NCBI GenBank assembly: GCA_002327255.1
Contig: DCUM01000069.1
Span: 53,061-100,296 of the forward strand
Direction of reading: 5' to 3'
From: a bacterium UBA2214
Lineage (GTDB): Bacteria > Zhuqueibacterota > Zhuqueibacteria > Residuimicrobiales > Residuimicrobiaceae
DNA length: 47,236 nt
The notes beneath the pieces are model-generated. The model ran no database searches, was not told the DNA's origin, and saw only the letters and a list, made by a program, of their open reading frames with translations. Each line of letters begins with the position of its first letter. Position 1 is the stretch's first letter. Of the stretch, positions 35,492-44,358 are shown in pieces. Both the position numbers and the translations under genes were made by a program.

Positions 35492-36733
35492 TCAATTGAT
35501 ATTTCTCACCGGACAGACATTGCCCGGCGCCTGGAAATTGCACACACCCCAGGAGGTACACCAGGTGCCGCAAATAAAGGTGGAAGCGTCCACGGGAGCG
35601 GTGCGGAGCGGTTTCAATTCAAATAGGTGCGGAATGCGGTTATGGCTGTCGATTAATTGCTCGCAAATCTGCTGGATACGCTGACACGTGGCATTGGCGG
35701 CCGGCGTCAAATGGGTGAGGGCATTGGTGCGGACGGCCTGGCGGATGCCCCTATCGAACGGAATGGCACCTGCCAGAAGCAGTTGAAAGCCCACTTCGCG
35801 TTCCAGATGAAGATTGAGCAGCTTCATGTCCTTGAGAAAATCGCCATCGCTGATCTGGTTGAAAATGATACGCAGATTGAAACTGCCAACGATGCGCCGC
35901 ATCAGCTCTTCAGCGGGAAGATCCAGGTGACGCATGTGCTGCAACGCCTGATGAATCAGCGGGGTATCAGCATTCTGAACGAAACTCTCCCCGGATCCGG
36001 TCTGGCTCAGACTGTCGATGGCGAGCTGCAATTTTTGTTTGACGATATTTTTGATGAATTTGGAGAGATTTTCCAGCGCCATCGGCTCGGGCGAAGTGAC
36101 GACCAGATTGAGATCGGAAGTGAGAAAATAGGCCAATTCCCGGGTATCGGTGCGGGGGCCAAAGTCCAGGAGCACATATTCGGCATCCAGCTTGCGCAAA
36201 GCCCGGACAAAATTGATGCGCCGCAATATGGTGGACTCTTCGGCGTTGTGGCCATATTCAGGAGCGGTGATCAAACGAATGTTTTCGACTTGGGTGGGCA
36301 GAGCCGCCTTGTAGAGACCCTCGCCGTTATCCACCAATGGCCATAGATTGGGAGAGGATTCACGCATGCCAAAAATCTGACGCTGATTGGCGCCATCAAA
36401 ATCCGCATCGACGATAATCACGCGCTTGCCGCTGCGGGCCAGAGACAGGCCCAACAGGGCGGTGAGAATCGATTTGCCGACGCCACCCTTACCGCCGGCA
36501 ATGGACCAGAGCTTGGCGCGACGCAGGTGGCCATTATTGCGGATGAACGGCTGCATGCCGTGCAGGTAGCCCGCCAATTGATGCCGCTGGCCATTGGTGA
36601 TGATGTCATTGGGATAGAGCAAACCTTGCAAGCCCCACAACGCCAATGCGTAGGAGCTCAGAGGGCCGATGTGTCCATCCTTGTGCTCGATGGACCAAAG
36701 CCGGGTCTGTCTGCCAAAAGTTGCCGTTTTCAT
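35492..36733 (-). CDS. MinD/FlhG(FleN)-like ATPase with C-terminal four-Cys motif (start uncertain: 36781, 36733 or 36556)
   Basis: WSIAGGKGGVGKS, IIVDADF.GAN, YVLLDFGP, VVTSPEP and GAIPFD; C-terminus C-x3-C-x5-C-x8-CP. Confidence 0.82.
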   Translation of the reverse strand: MKTATFGRQTRLWSIEHKDGHIGPLSSYALALWGLQGLLYPNDIITNGQRHQLAGYLHGMQPFIRNNGHLRRAKLWSIAGGKGGVGKSILTALLGLSLARSGKRVIIVDADFDGANQRQIFGMRESSPNLWPLVDNGEGLYKAALPTQVENIRLITAPEYGHNAEESTILRRINFVRALRKLDAEYVLLDFGPRTDTRELAYFLTSDLNLVVTSPEPMALENLSKFIKNIVKQKLQLAIDSLSQTGSGESFVQNADTPLIHQALQHMRHLDLPAEELMRRIVGSFNLRIIFNQISDGDFLKDMKLLNLHLEREVGFQLLLAGAIPFDRGIRQAVRTNALTHLTPAANATCQRIQQICEQLIDSHNRIPHLFELKPLRTAPVDASTFICGTWCTSWGVCNFQAPGNVCPVRNIN

Positions 36734-36953
36734 GTTGCGCCACTTTGAAACAAATGTACTGAAACAAACCACAACGCCCATTTATCAAGCTCGAAGGCTG
36801 ATGCAGCTTCCGGCAGTCAGCGTAGGGCCATGGTGCTAAGTGCCGGAAATATAATATAGAAAAGAGCAGCCCGAATTCCTGATTTTTTTGTATTGTGGTC
36901 ACTTCTGTGACTACCCCCACACAATGCAAAGTTCATACCAAAAGAAATATTTT

Positions 36954-38057
36954 TCAGCAGGCGATACCCAGACACGTTCCCACCGCTTCTGCCGCTGCCA
37001 GCAGCGGGGAATCCGGCGGCACGGTGCGGGTTCTGCCGCCCACCTCGTGGATGGGCACCGAGACGATCTGGTCGCCGCGCAAAGCCACCATCTGGTTGAA
37101 TTTTCCCTGAACGAGCAAATCCGCCGCACCGACACCAAATCGTGTCGCGAGAATGCGATCAAAGGCCGTGGGCGAACCGCCGCGCTGCAAATGGCCCAGC
37201 ACGGTGGCCCGGGTCTCCCGTCCCAGGCGATCCTCGATTTCGTTGCCCAATTTGATCGAGATCCCCCCCAGCCGGATCGCCTCGACACTATCCTTGACGA
37301 TGCGGCTCACCACCACCTCACCGCCCCGGGGTTTGGCGCCTTCCGAGACGGCAATGATGCTGAAACGGCGGCCGATGCGGCTGCGCTCTTCCACTTTGGC
37401 ACAAATGGCATCCAGCTCATACTCTATTTCGGGGATGAGAATGACGTCGGCGCCTCCGGCGATGCCCGCCCCGAGCGCCAGCCAGCCCGCATTCCGTCCC
37501 ATGATCTCAACCAGCATGATGCGATGGTGCGATTGCGCGGTGGTATGTATGCGGTCGATGGCCTCGGCGCCGATGGAGACCGCGGTATCGTAGCCAAAGG
37601 TAATGTCGGTACCATATAAATCGTTATCAATGGTTTTGGGAACGCCGATGACAGGGACGCCGCGCTCAACCAGCCGGCGCGAAATGGTCATGGTTCCGTC
37701 TCCGCCAATACAGACAATGGCATCCAACTGCCATTTTTCGATATTCCTGAGCGTCTGCTCGGACAAATCCAGCCGGACGACTTTGCCATCGCGCAGGGTT
37801 GGATTCTCGAAGGGATTCGCCTTATTCGAGGTGCCGAGAATGGTGCCGCCGCTCTGCAGAATGCCACTGACATCGCCCCAGCTCAGCTCGCGCATGCGGT
37901 TTTCGATGAGTCCCTGGAATCCATCCTCGATGCCGATGACCCGGATGTCCTTTTTGGTCATCAGCGATTTGGCCACGGCGCGAATGACCGCATTCAGTCC
38001 CGGAGCATCGCCCCCTCCCGTCAGAATACCCACGCGCCGCAAGGATCCTGCTGCCAT
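36954..38057 (-). CDS. pfkA: 6-phosphofructokinase, probably ATP-dependent
   Basis: GILTGGGDAPGLN, GGTILGTS, IGGDGT (Gly at the ATP/PPi-discriminating position), PKTIDND, EIMGR and LGHLQRGG. Confidence 0.92.
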   Translation of the reverse strand: MAAGSLRRVGILTGGGDAPGLNAVIRAVAKSLMTKKDIRVIGIEDGFQGLIENRMRELSWGDVSGILQSGGTILGTSNKANPFENPTLRDGKVVRLDLSEQTLRNIEKWQLDAIVCIGGDGTMTISRRLVERGVPVIGVPKTIDNDLYGTDITFGYDTAVSIGAEAIDRIHTTAQSHHRIMLVEIMGRNAGWLALGAGIAGGADVILIPEIEYELDAICAKVEERSRIGRRFSIIAVSEGAKPRGGEVVVSRIVKDSVEAIRLGGISIKLGNEIEDRLGRETRATVLGHLQRGGSPTAFDRILATRFGVGAADLLVQGKFNQMVALRGDQIVSVPIHEVGGRTRTVPPDSPLLAAAEAVGTCLGIAC

Positions 38058-38158
38058 CGTTCGCTCTCCTTAAAGATAACGGTCCAGTTTTCGCACTGCA
38101 ATCTAAGGTTATTTTCCATCAAATCAAAACGGTTTTGGCACGCTGACTTGATCAATCT

Positions 38159-38245
38159 ATGAAATTTAAATTTGAGGGTAGGAGGCGGCTGCCGCCGAAA
38201 ATCGCCGCCGGGAGGCGGCTCCTACAAAAATTTAATAATTAAACC
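38159..38245. repeat. REP-doublet-like element (GTAG-type) with AT-rich flanks
   Basis: GTAGGAGGCGGC...GGGAGGCGGCTCCTAC (38178-38225) with internal palindromes. Confidence 0.6.
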
Positions 38246-38323
38246 ATAGACGCATTAACTCCTGAATGTGCGTATCATTCAGGCAAAATTGTGCCTTCTG
38301 AGAATTTTTGGCCTGATTCGGAA

Positions 38324-39520
38324 TCAACACACGGTTTCCCGGTCCGCGAGTTCGTTGCGAACCGTGACCACCTCCCCGCCGCAGCGGTAAACCCGTGGCA
38401 GACGTCTTCCCCACCGCGCCAGAACCTCGTAAGAAACCGAGTCGATCTTGCGGGCGATGTCGTGGGGAGAAATCTCCTCTGCGCCGTCGCAGCCCATCAG
38501 GGTGACCGCGTCGCCGATTGCGATGTCCGGCAAATGCGTGACGCGGACAAAGCAGGCATCCATGCACAAACCGCCTGCCAGGGTGGCGCGCTTTCCCTGA
38601 ATCAGCACCTCACCGATGTTGCGCAATTTGCGGTCATAGCCATCGGCATAACCGATGGGCAGCACGGCGATGCGTTCCTCTTGTTCTGCCAGAAAACGGC
38701 GGCCATACCCCACGGTATCGCCGCGCTGAATGGTGCGCAAAGCCGTGACGCGGGTCACCACCCGCGCCGCCGGCTGCAAGTCATGGGGCCGGCGGACGTC
38801 GCCGGAGGGGTAATAACCGTACAGCATCAAGCCAACGCGCACCATATCCAGATGCGCCTGCGGCAAATCCAGCACAGCGCCGCTGTTGCACATATGCCAG
38901 AGCGGTATCTCCACGCCTTGCTGCCGCAGTGCCGCACGAATCGACTTGAAACGGTGAATCTGCAGCAGGGCGAAACTCTTGTCCAGGCCATCGGACATGG
39001 GAAAGTGGGTCATGGCGCCGAGAACATCGAGGTGCGGAAATCGCGAAAACTGCCTGGCCGCTTCCACCGCATCCCGCCATGGAACGCCATAGCGGCTCAT
39101 GCCGGTATCGATCTTGAAATGGATTTTGGCATGAACGTCCCGCGCCGCGGCAGCCGCCTCCAGAGCCTCCACAAGCGGCGTCTGAAAAACCATCTGCTCG
39201 AGTTGATGGTCCAGCACCACCGCCGCCTGCTGCGGGCCGATGGCGCCCATGTTCAATATGGCGCCGCGAATGCCGGCGCGGCGCAGTTCAACGGCTTCAT
39301 CAAGGGTGACGACGGCGAAGCGGTGCACGCCCTGCCGTTCCAGCCAGCGCGCCACTTCCACCGCGCCCAGGCCATAGGCGTCCGCCTTGACCACCGCGCA
39401 CAGCTGCACCACCCCGAGACCGGCACGCACCTGGTGCAGATTCGCGGCAATGGCATCCAGATCAACTTCCATCCACGAAGGACGGAAAAATGGGGGTTGA
39501 GATTGGACGTGTGTCGACAT
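38324..39520 (-). CDS. alr: Alanine racemase
   Basis: AVVKADAYG (PLP Lys), HFKIDTGMSRYG, MTHF, NSG, MVRVGLMLYG, GDTVGYG, PIGYADG and SYE. ATG 39520 follows GAGGT. Confidence 0.94.
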   Translation of the reverse strand: MSTHVQSQPPFFRPSWMEVDLDAIAANLHQVRAGLGVVQLCAVVKADAYGLGAVEVARWLERQGVHRFAVVTLDEAVELRRAGIRGAILNMGAIGPQQAAVVLDHQLEQMVFQTPLVEALEAAAAARDVHAKIHFKIDTGMSRYGVPWRDAVEAARQFSRFPHLDVLGAMTHFPMSDGLDKSFALLQIHRFKSIRAALRQQGVEIPLWHMCNSGAVLDLPQAHLDMVRVGLMLYGYYPSGDVRRPHDLQPAARVVTRVTALRTIQRGDTVGYGRRFLAEQEERIAVLPIGYADGYDRKLRNIGEVLIQGKRATLAGGLCMDACFVRVTHLPDIAIGDAVTLMGCDGAEEISPHDIARKIDSVSYEVLARWGRRLPRVYRCGGEVVTVRNELADRETVC

Positions 39521-39711
39521 GTTCACCTCATCGCTCTCGAAGCGGAGATTTTGTCCGAGCTATTCATAAACCGCCGCATGCGCAAAGATCGTCGCATTTT
39601 ATCGATTGACATCATGGAATAATGTGTGATCTGATATTTCTCGTCTCCACAACAGGATGTCATATAACCTGAATTATTCATAAACATGGATGGAAATGAG
39701 TTTAATATATT

Positions 39712-39836
39712 AATAATTATATTGTTGCAGGAGCCCTCTCCCGAGGGCGACCATATTTCGGGCTCTGGAGAGCCCTCCTGCAACAAATTTTTAATTACAC
39801 CTGTAGCCGCCTTCTACGATCCAATTTCAATTTCAT
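39712..39836. repeat. REP-doublet-like element, an inverted relative of the 38159 element
   Basis: TTGTTGCAGGAG...CTCCTGCAACAA 12-bp outer stem (39722-39786). The reverse complement of 39803-39836 matches 38159-38192 at 28/34. Confidence 0.6.
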
Positions 39837-39914
39837 GAACAGGACAGGATAAAGCTTTGGCTCTGTTATTATAGACTCCGATTCCCGGCGTTCGCGGCGA
39901 TGCATCGTGCAGGT

Positions 39915-41219
39915 TTACCGTTCCAGGTTAAACTTTGACAGCCGTTTCACCGCGCCGGGAAGATAGAGCGAGCGGTTCAACAGACGCAAATTGGGCCGGA
40001 CGGCGGGCCACAGCAGATGGCCGCCGTAAGCCGCCACACCATAAGAGAGCACCGTCGCCAGCGCGGCGCCCTGGAGCCCATATTGGGGAATGAGAAGGAG
40101 ATTCAAAACGATGTTCGCCACGGCGCCGCCCGCGTGCAGCACGAGCAACGCGCGTTGCCGCCCTTCGGCGAGAAACCAGCGGCTTGCCGCTTGCGACATG
40201 AAAACAAACCACAGCGACGGCGTATGCCAGCGAATGACCTGACTGGCCGCCAGATAGGTATCGCCATAGAACCACCGCATCAAACAGGGCCCAGCCAGCC
40301 ACAGCGTCACCGAGATGACAAAACCGCCCCAGATCATCAAGTCGTAGAAAAATTGCAGCCGTTTGAGGTAGGGTGTCTCTCCCTGTTCTTTTGCCGCCAG
40401 GATGGCCGGATAGAAAGTGCTGGTCAAGGCCGCGGGGATGAAAAAAAGCGCTTCACTGACGCGCACCGCCGCGCCGTATTGACCGACCGCATCCAGTCCG
40501 AGCCAATGCTGTATCATGATCTGGTCGACTTTGAGATAGGCCGCGATGGCGATGCCGGTGAGCCACAGCGGCCATCCTGCGGCGAGCAGCTTTCTCGCCA
40601 CCGGCCCGTACCAGCGCCACGCGCGCACCGACTCTCCCAGACGGCGATAATTGAAAAGCAGAACCAGGCACAGTATGACGGACTCGGCCGTCAGAATCAG
40701 CGCAAAATAGAAAACAGGCGCCTGCATCAGAATGAGGAGCACCTTGGCCGCTGATGAACAGAGCAGCGCGATGACCTTGGCCTGCACCGTGTAAACGGAA
40801 GCCACCTGTTTTTGAAAATAACTGTCGATCACGCCCACTGCCGGTGCTGCGAGGCTGAATGACAACACCAGGATCATTCCCTTGAGCTCGGTGGTTATGG
40901 ACGAGCCAGGCAACCCGAGCGCAAGCATCGCGATCAGAGAAGCCGCGGCCAGCAGGCGCAGATAAAACGCACTTCCCAGCCACCATCCCAACTGCCGGGG
41001 GTGGCGTATCAGTTCCCGCACCAGAATGGCATCCAGTCCGAGGCTGGCAATGGGTGCACACAAACCGACGACGCTCAGGGCGTAGCTGTACGCTCCATAG
41101 GAGGCCGGACCGAGATAGCGTACCAGCCAGATGCCGATGGTGAAACCAAGGCCCAGCTGTACCGCGCGCTCTGTGAAAAGCCAAAAGGTGTTGGCCGCAT
41201 ATTTTCGTACATTCTTCAT
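39915..41219 (-). CDS. Polysaccharide flippase (Wzx/MOP family)
   Basis: KYAANTFWL..ER, RYLGP..YG, LGLDAILVRELI, YLKVDQIMI and VGQYGAAVRVSE; about 12 TM helices. Confidence 0.9.
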   Translation of the reverse strand: MKNVRKYAANTFWLFTERAVQLGLGFTIGIWLVRYLGPASYGAYSYALSVVGLCAPIASLGLDAILVRELIRHPRQLGWWLGSAFYLRLLAAASLIAMLALGLPGSSITTELKGMILVLSFSLAAPAVGVIDSYFQKQVASVYTVQAKVIALLCSSAAKVLLILMQAPVFYFALILTAESVILCLVLLFNYRRLGESVRAWRWYGPVARKLLAAGWPLWLTGIAIAAYLKVDQIMIQHWLGLDAVGQYGAAVRVSEALFFIPAALTSTFYPAILAAKEQGETPYLKRLQFFYDLMIWGGFVISVTLWLAGPCLMRWFYGDTYLAASQVIRWHTPSLWFVFMSQAASRWFLAEGRQRALLVLHAGGAVANIVLNLLLIPQYGLQGAALATVLSYGVAAYGGHLLWPAVRPNLRLLNRSLYLPGAVKRLSKFNLER

Positions 41220-41568
41220 CAAAGAGGGCCATTAGCCTGATCTATTCAACAACCGCCGAGTGCGGAGGTCGCCTGGGAGCCTGTCGCATTTATATTGTCA
41301 GTACTTGATTTTATTAATGGTCTGCCTTGACGGCCAAACTTGATAGTAAATTATAATCAATAGCTTATGATATTGGGGAACTTTCAATCCGACAGACTCC
41401 TGGTTGAATCCATGGGCGTTATGGAACGATTCCTGATGTGATGCTTCTTTTCGCAACATCAGGATGTCACATGAAGCCATTGCCGTTTTATGGTTTACGC
41501 TACGCCTTCAGGCATGCCCGGCGCTGAGAAGTTCAGGTTGGCAGATTTCTTCGACCCCTCCGATGTCC

Positions 41569-42435
41569 CTATTCGTGCCGGCTCGCGCGACAACTTTGGT
41601 CACCTTTCGGCTGCCGCGGGGTGAAAACATACAGGCTGTATTCGCCGAGATTCCAGAACGGGGTGTGGTTCAGAGCGCAGTCCAACCGCCATAACGCTTT
41701 TCCCAAAAAGCCGTTGACGGGTATGAAACGGTGACGGTACCAGGCCGGATAAAAAATCGAATAGCCGCGCCGTTTTGTGCAGGTAAAGAGAGGCGAGAAT
41801 ATCTTTTTGATCGCCGTGGCGGAGCGGCACATGCTGTCCAGCGGGCGTTCCGGCGCATAGCCCGCCCATTTTTGCGTCACCCGCGCCAGCGCCCGGCGCG
41901 GCCGTCCGCGCAGCAGATTCCAGATCATATCCGCCAGATACCAGCGATTGACAAAAGTGAGCACCATGGCGCCGTTGGGCGCGAGCGCCTTTGCGAGGGC
42001 CCGGGCGGCCATTTCCAGATCGCTCACAGTGTTCAGAGCGCCAAAATAACAGTAAATCAGATCGAATTTTCGTCCCGGGAAGAGAGCCTCAATGGTTTCC
42101 GGTGTGCCGACCTCGGCGCGGACATCGGATGCGTCGCATGCGGCGAGTTTGGCGCGCGCCTGCTCGACCATGCCGGATGATACATCGATGCCGCGCCACA
42201 GAGCGTGGGGATATTTTCCCGCAAAGTAGTGGAGATCGATGCCCGGCCCGCAGCCGATTTCAAGACCGGCGGTGGCTGAATATTCCTCCGTCACCGCGCG
42301 AAAATCGCTGCGCAAGCGCTGCAGGATGGGATTGTTGTCATAATGCTTTTCAAAGGAGGCGGCTTCCTCATCGTAGTACCTGGCGACCTGCGCATAATAG
42401 CCGTCACCCTGCAAATGGAGCGGACGCGAGCCCAT
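41569..42435 (-). CDS. Class I SAM-dependent methyltransferase
   Basis: LEIGCGPG, GIDVSSGM, FDLIYCYFGALN and LAPNG. Coupled to the upstream gene by a TGATG overlap. Confidence 0.88.
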   Translation of the reverse strand: MGSRPLHLQGDGYYAQVARYYDEEAASFEKHYDNNPILQRLRSDFRAVTEEYSATAGLEIGCGPGIDLHYFAGKYPHALWRGIDVSSGMVEQARAKLAACDASDVRAEVGTPETIEALFPGRKFDLIYCYFGALNTVSDLEMAARALAKALAPNGAMVLTFVNRWYLADMIWNLLRGRPRRALARVTQKWAGYAPERPLDSMCRSATAIKKIFSPLFTCTKRRGYSIFYPAWYRHRFIPVNGFLGKALWRLDCALNHTPFWNLGEYSLYVFTPRQPKGDQSCRASRHE

Positions 42436-43355
42436 CAGATCTCCTTCGCCTGCAAACGCTCGGCGTAGGCCTCGAGGACTTCCCCCTCGGTCGGATAGCC
42501 GTGCGACTTGCTGTAACGTTCACAGATGCCGCGGAGGAGGGCATCCCGCGTTGGCGTATCCTTGCGATAGCGCCAGCCCCAAACCGTTTTCCAGATTTTC
42601 GGCAGCAGCGCCTCGAGGCCATCGATGAGAATATTTTTCAGCGGCCATTCCAGTACTTTTTGCAGTCCACTGGCGCCGTGAAAAATACAGTGATTCGGAT
42701 TGGGCGCCAGATAGTAGTTGGGAAAAAAAACAGCCACCCAGCGGTTCTTCTGCATAAAACGCTGGAACAGCTGCAAACCATAAAGAGGCGCCAAACCCGT
42801 CACCTCGGCGGCGGTATAGAGCGTTTTATCCTCGAGTTCGAGATGATCTTCCGAAAGCAGATAATTGAAGCAGAGCAGCTTGCGTGGATTGAAACCGGGA
42901 ATGCGGCGGAAAATGGCCAGCGCAACCTTGCACACCCAGACGCGACGGCCGGCGGTGATGATGAAAAAATCGATATCGCTGTCATGGCCCGCCACGCCCT
43001 TGGAGAGATCCCCGGAGAGATAGATGCCGCGAACAAAGGGAAGATGGCGGATGCGTGCGGCGCTGCGCGCAGCCATCGTCCATAATGCGCTGGCCTGTTG
43101 CTCCATTCTCGAACGCGCGGTCACCAGACTCCCCCGGCCGCGCACAAACCAGTAACTCCCGCGCGCTTCCAGCAGAGCCGTCATGGCCGCAGTCTGCAAG
43201 GATTGCCGCAAGGCCTTGCGGCTCGTCTTCACTTCCATGAGATAGAAAAGTAACTGCTCTTCCGTCAAGGGATAATCGAAAACATCAAAATAGAGGATGG
43301 TTTTCAGGATCGCCTTTTCTGTTGGCGTCATCGTGCTCATGGGCTGTTTGGTCAT
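42435..43355 (-). CDS. Nucleotidyltransferase-domain protein with N-terminal helical (wHTH-like) region
   Basis: TILYFDVFDYPLT..., LPFVRGIYLSGDLSKG....DSDIDFFII...RVW, CFNY and YTAAE. The start could also be 43340 or 43331. Confidence 0.72.
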   Translation of the reverse strand: MTKQPMSTMTPTEKAILKTILYFDVFDYPLTEEQLLFYLMEVKTSRKALRQSLQTAAMTALLEARGSYWFVRGRGSLVTARSRMEQQASALWTMAARSAARIRHLPFVRGIYLSGDLSKGVAGHDSDIDFFIITAGRRVWVCKVALAIFRRIPGFNPRKLLCFNYLLSEDHLELEDKTLYTAAEVTGLAPLYGLQLFQRFMQKNRWVAVFFPNYYLAPNPNHCIFHGASGLQKVLEWPLKNILIDGLEALLPKIWKTVWGWRYRKDTPTRDALLRGICERYSKSHGYPTEGEVLEAYAERLQAKEI

Positions 43356-43731
43356 CCTGTTCTTGATGGAAATTGATGGTCAAAAACCATTTTCATTACA
43401 GGTATATGGCCTGCAAGATGCAAAAACCACTAAGGACATGAAGAGAATCGATTGCGAAAGTAGTATGAAATCAATTGGGTGCAAAGTTAATTTTTGTGCG
43501 CTTCGTGGGCGCTGTCAAAATAGAGCTCTGAAACCCGGCGTTTTCTGTCGAGATGTGATGATACCTGTTACGGCCAAGGCTTCCCTTGTTCATGAATGAT
43601 TCAGGCTCGTTGAAAATAGAACAGGTAAATTTAAAATAAAATTGGAAAAAAGTAAATATATTCCCATATTATTCGGGTTTTGGGCATAGCCCCTTTTTTT
43701 CAATATAAGCATATCCTGGGAGAAGGACACC

Positions 43732-44334
43732 ATGAAAAATAAACAATCTGCATCAATTTTGGCCCTGGTGATCGCTGCAGCGGCTCTGCTGGTGGCCGTC
43801 ATCGCACTGGTCATGGCGCACGGCGCCCGGGAAACAGCGCGTTCCGATGTGACGGTGGAGGAAGGGGAAACGCTGAACCTGCCGCTGTACGATGAGGAGC
43901 AGGATCGATTCAGCTATCTGATACTGGCGGAATTGCAGATCACCAATCAGGGCGCAGCGGCGGTCAAGATACTCGAACTCGGCCGGCACGACGCGGATGC
44001 GGGATTCCTGATGGCCCTGAAGGATGAGGAGGTGCAAAGCGGCGATTTTCAGGCGCAACTCTATCCGCTGCAGCACACTTTCGCCGAAATTCAGGCGCAA
44101 CCGCGTTTGCTCAAGGAGATCCTCAAGCACCAGCCAGGCGGCCATCTCTCACTGAATCATGTGCTGCAAACCGGTCAAAGCAAGACGTTCCGCTATGCCG
44201 TGCATTTGACGCCCTATGATGCGGACAAGCGCGCCTTGGCCGATATGGTGCTGATCTCGCTGCGGCTGACATTCGATAATGGCAAAACCAGGGTCATGCG
44301 GCAGGGCTATCCCGTTCAGCCGCTGCTGCCGTGA
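43732..44334 (+). CDS. Hypothetical membrane-anchored protein
   Basis: AAGGA RBS, one N-terminal TM helix and a beta-rich soluble domain. Confidence 0.65.
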   Translation: MKNKQSASILALVIAAAALLVAVIALVMAHGARETARSDVTVEEGETLNLPLYDEEQDRFSYLILAELQITNQGAAAVKILELGRHDADAGFLMALKDEEVQSGDFQAQLYPLQHTFAEIQAQPRLLKEILKHQPGGHLSLNHVLQTGQSKTFRYAVHLTPYDADKRALADMVLISLRLTFDNGKTRVMRQGYPVQPLLP

Positions 44335-44358
44335 ACAGCTTGAGAGCGAAACACCTGC

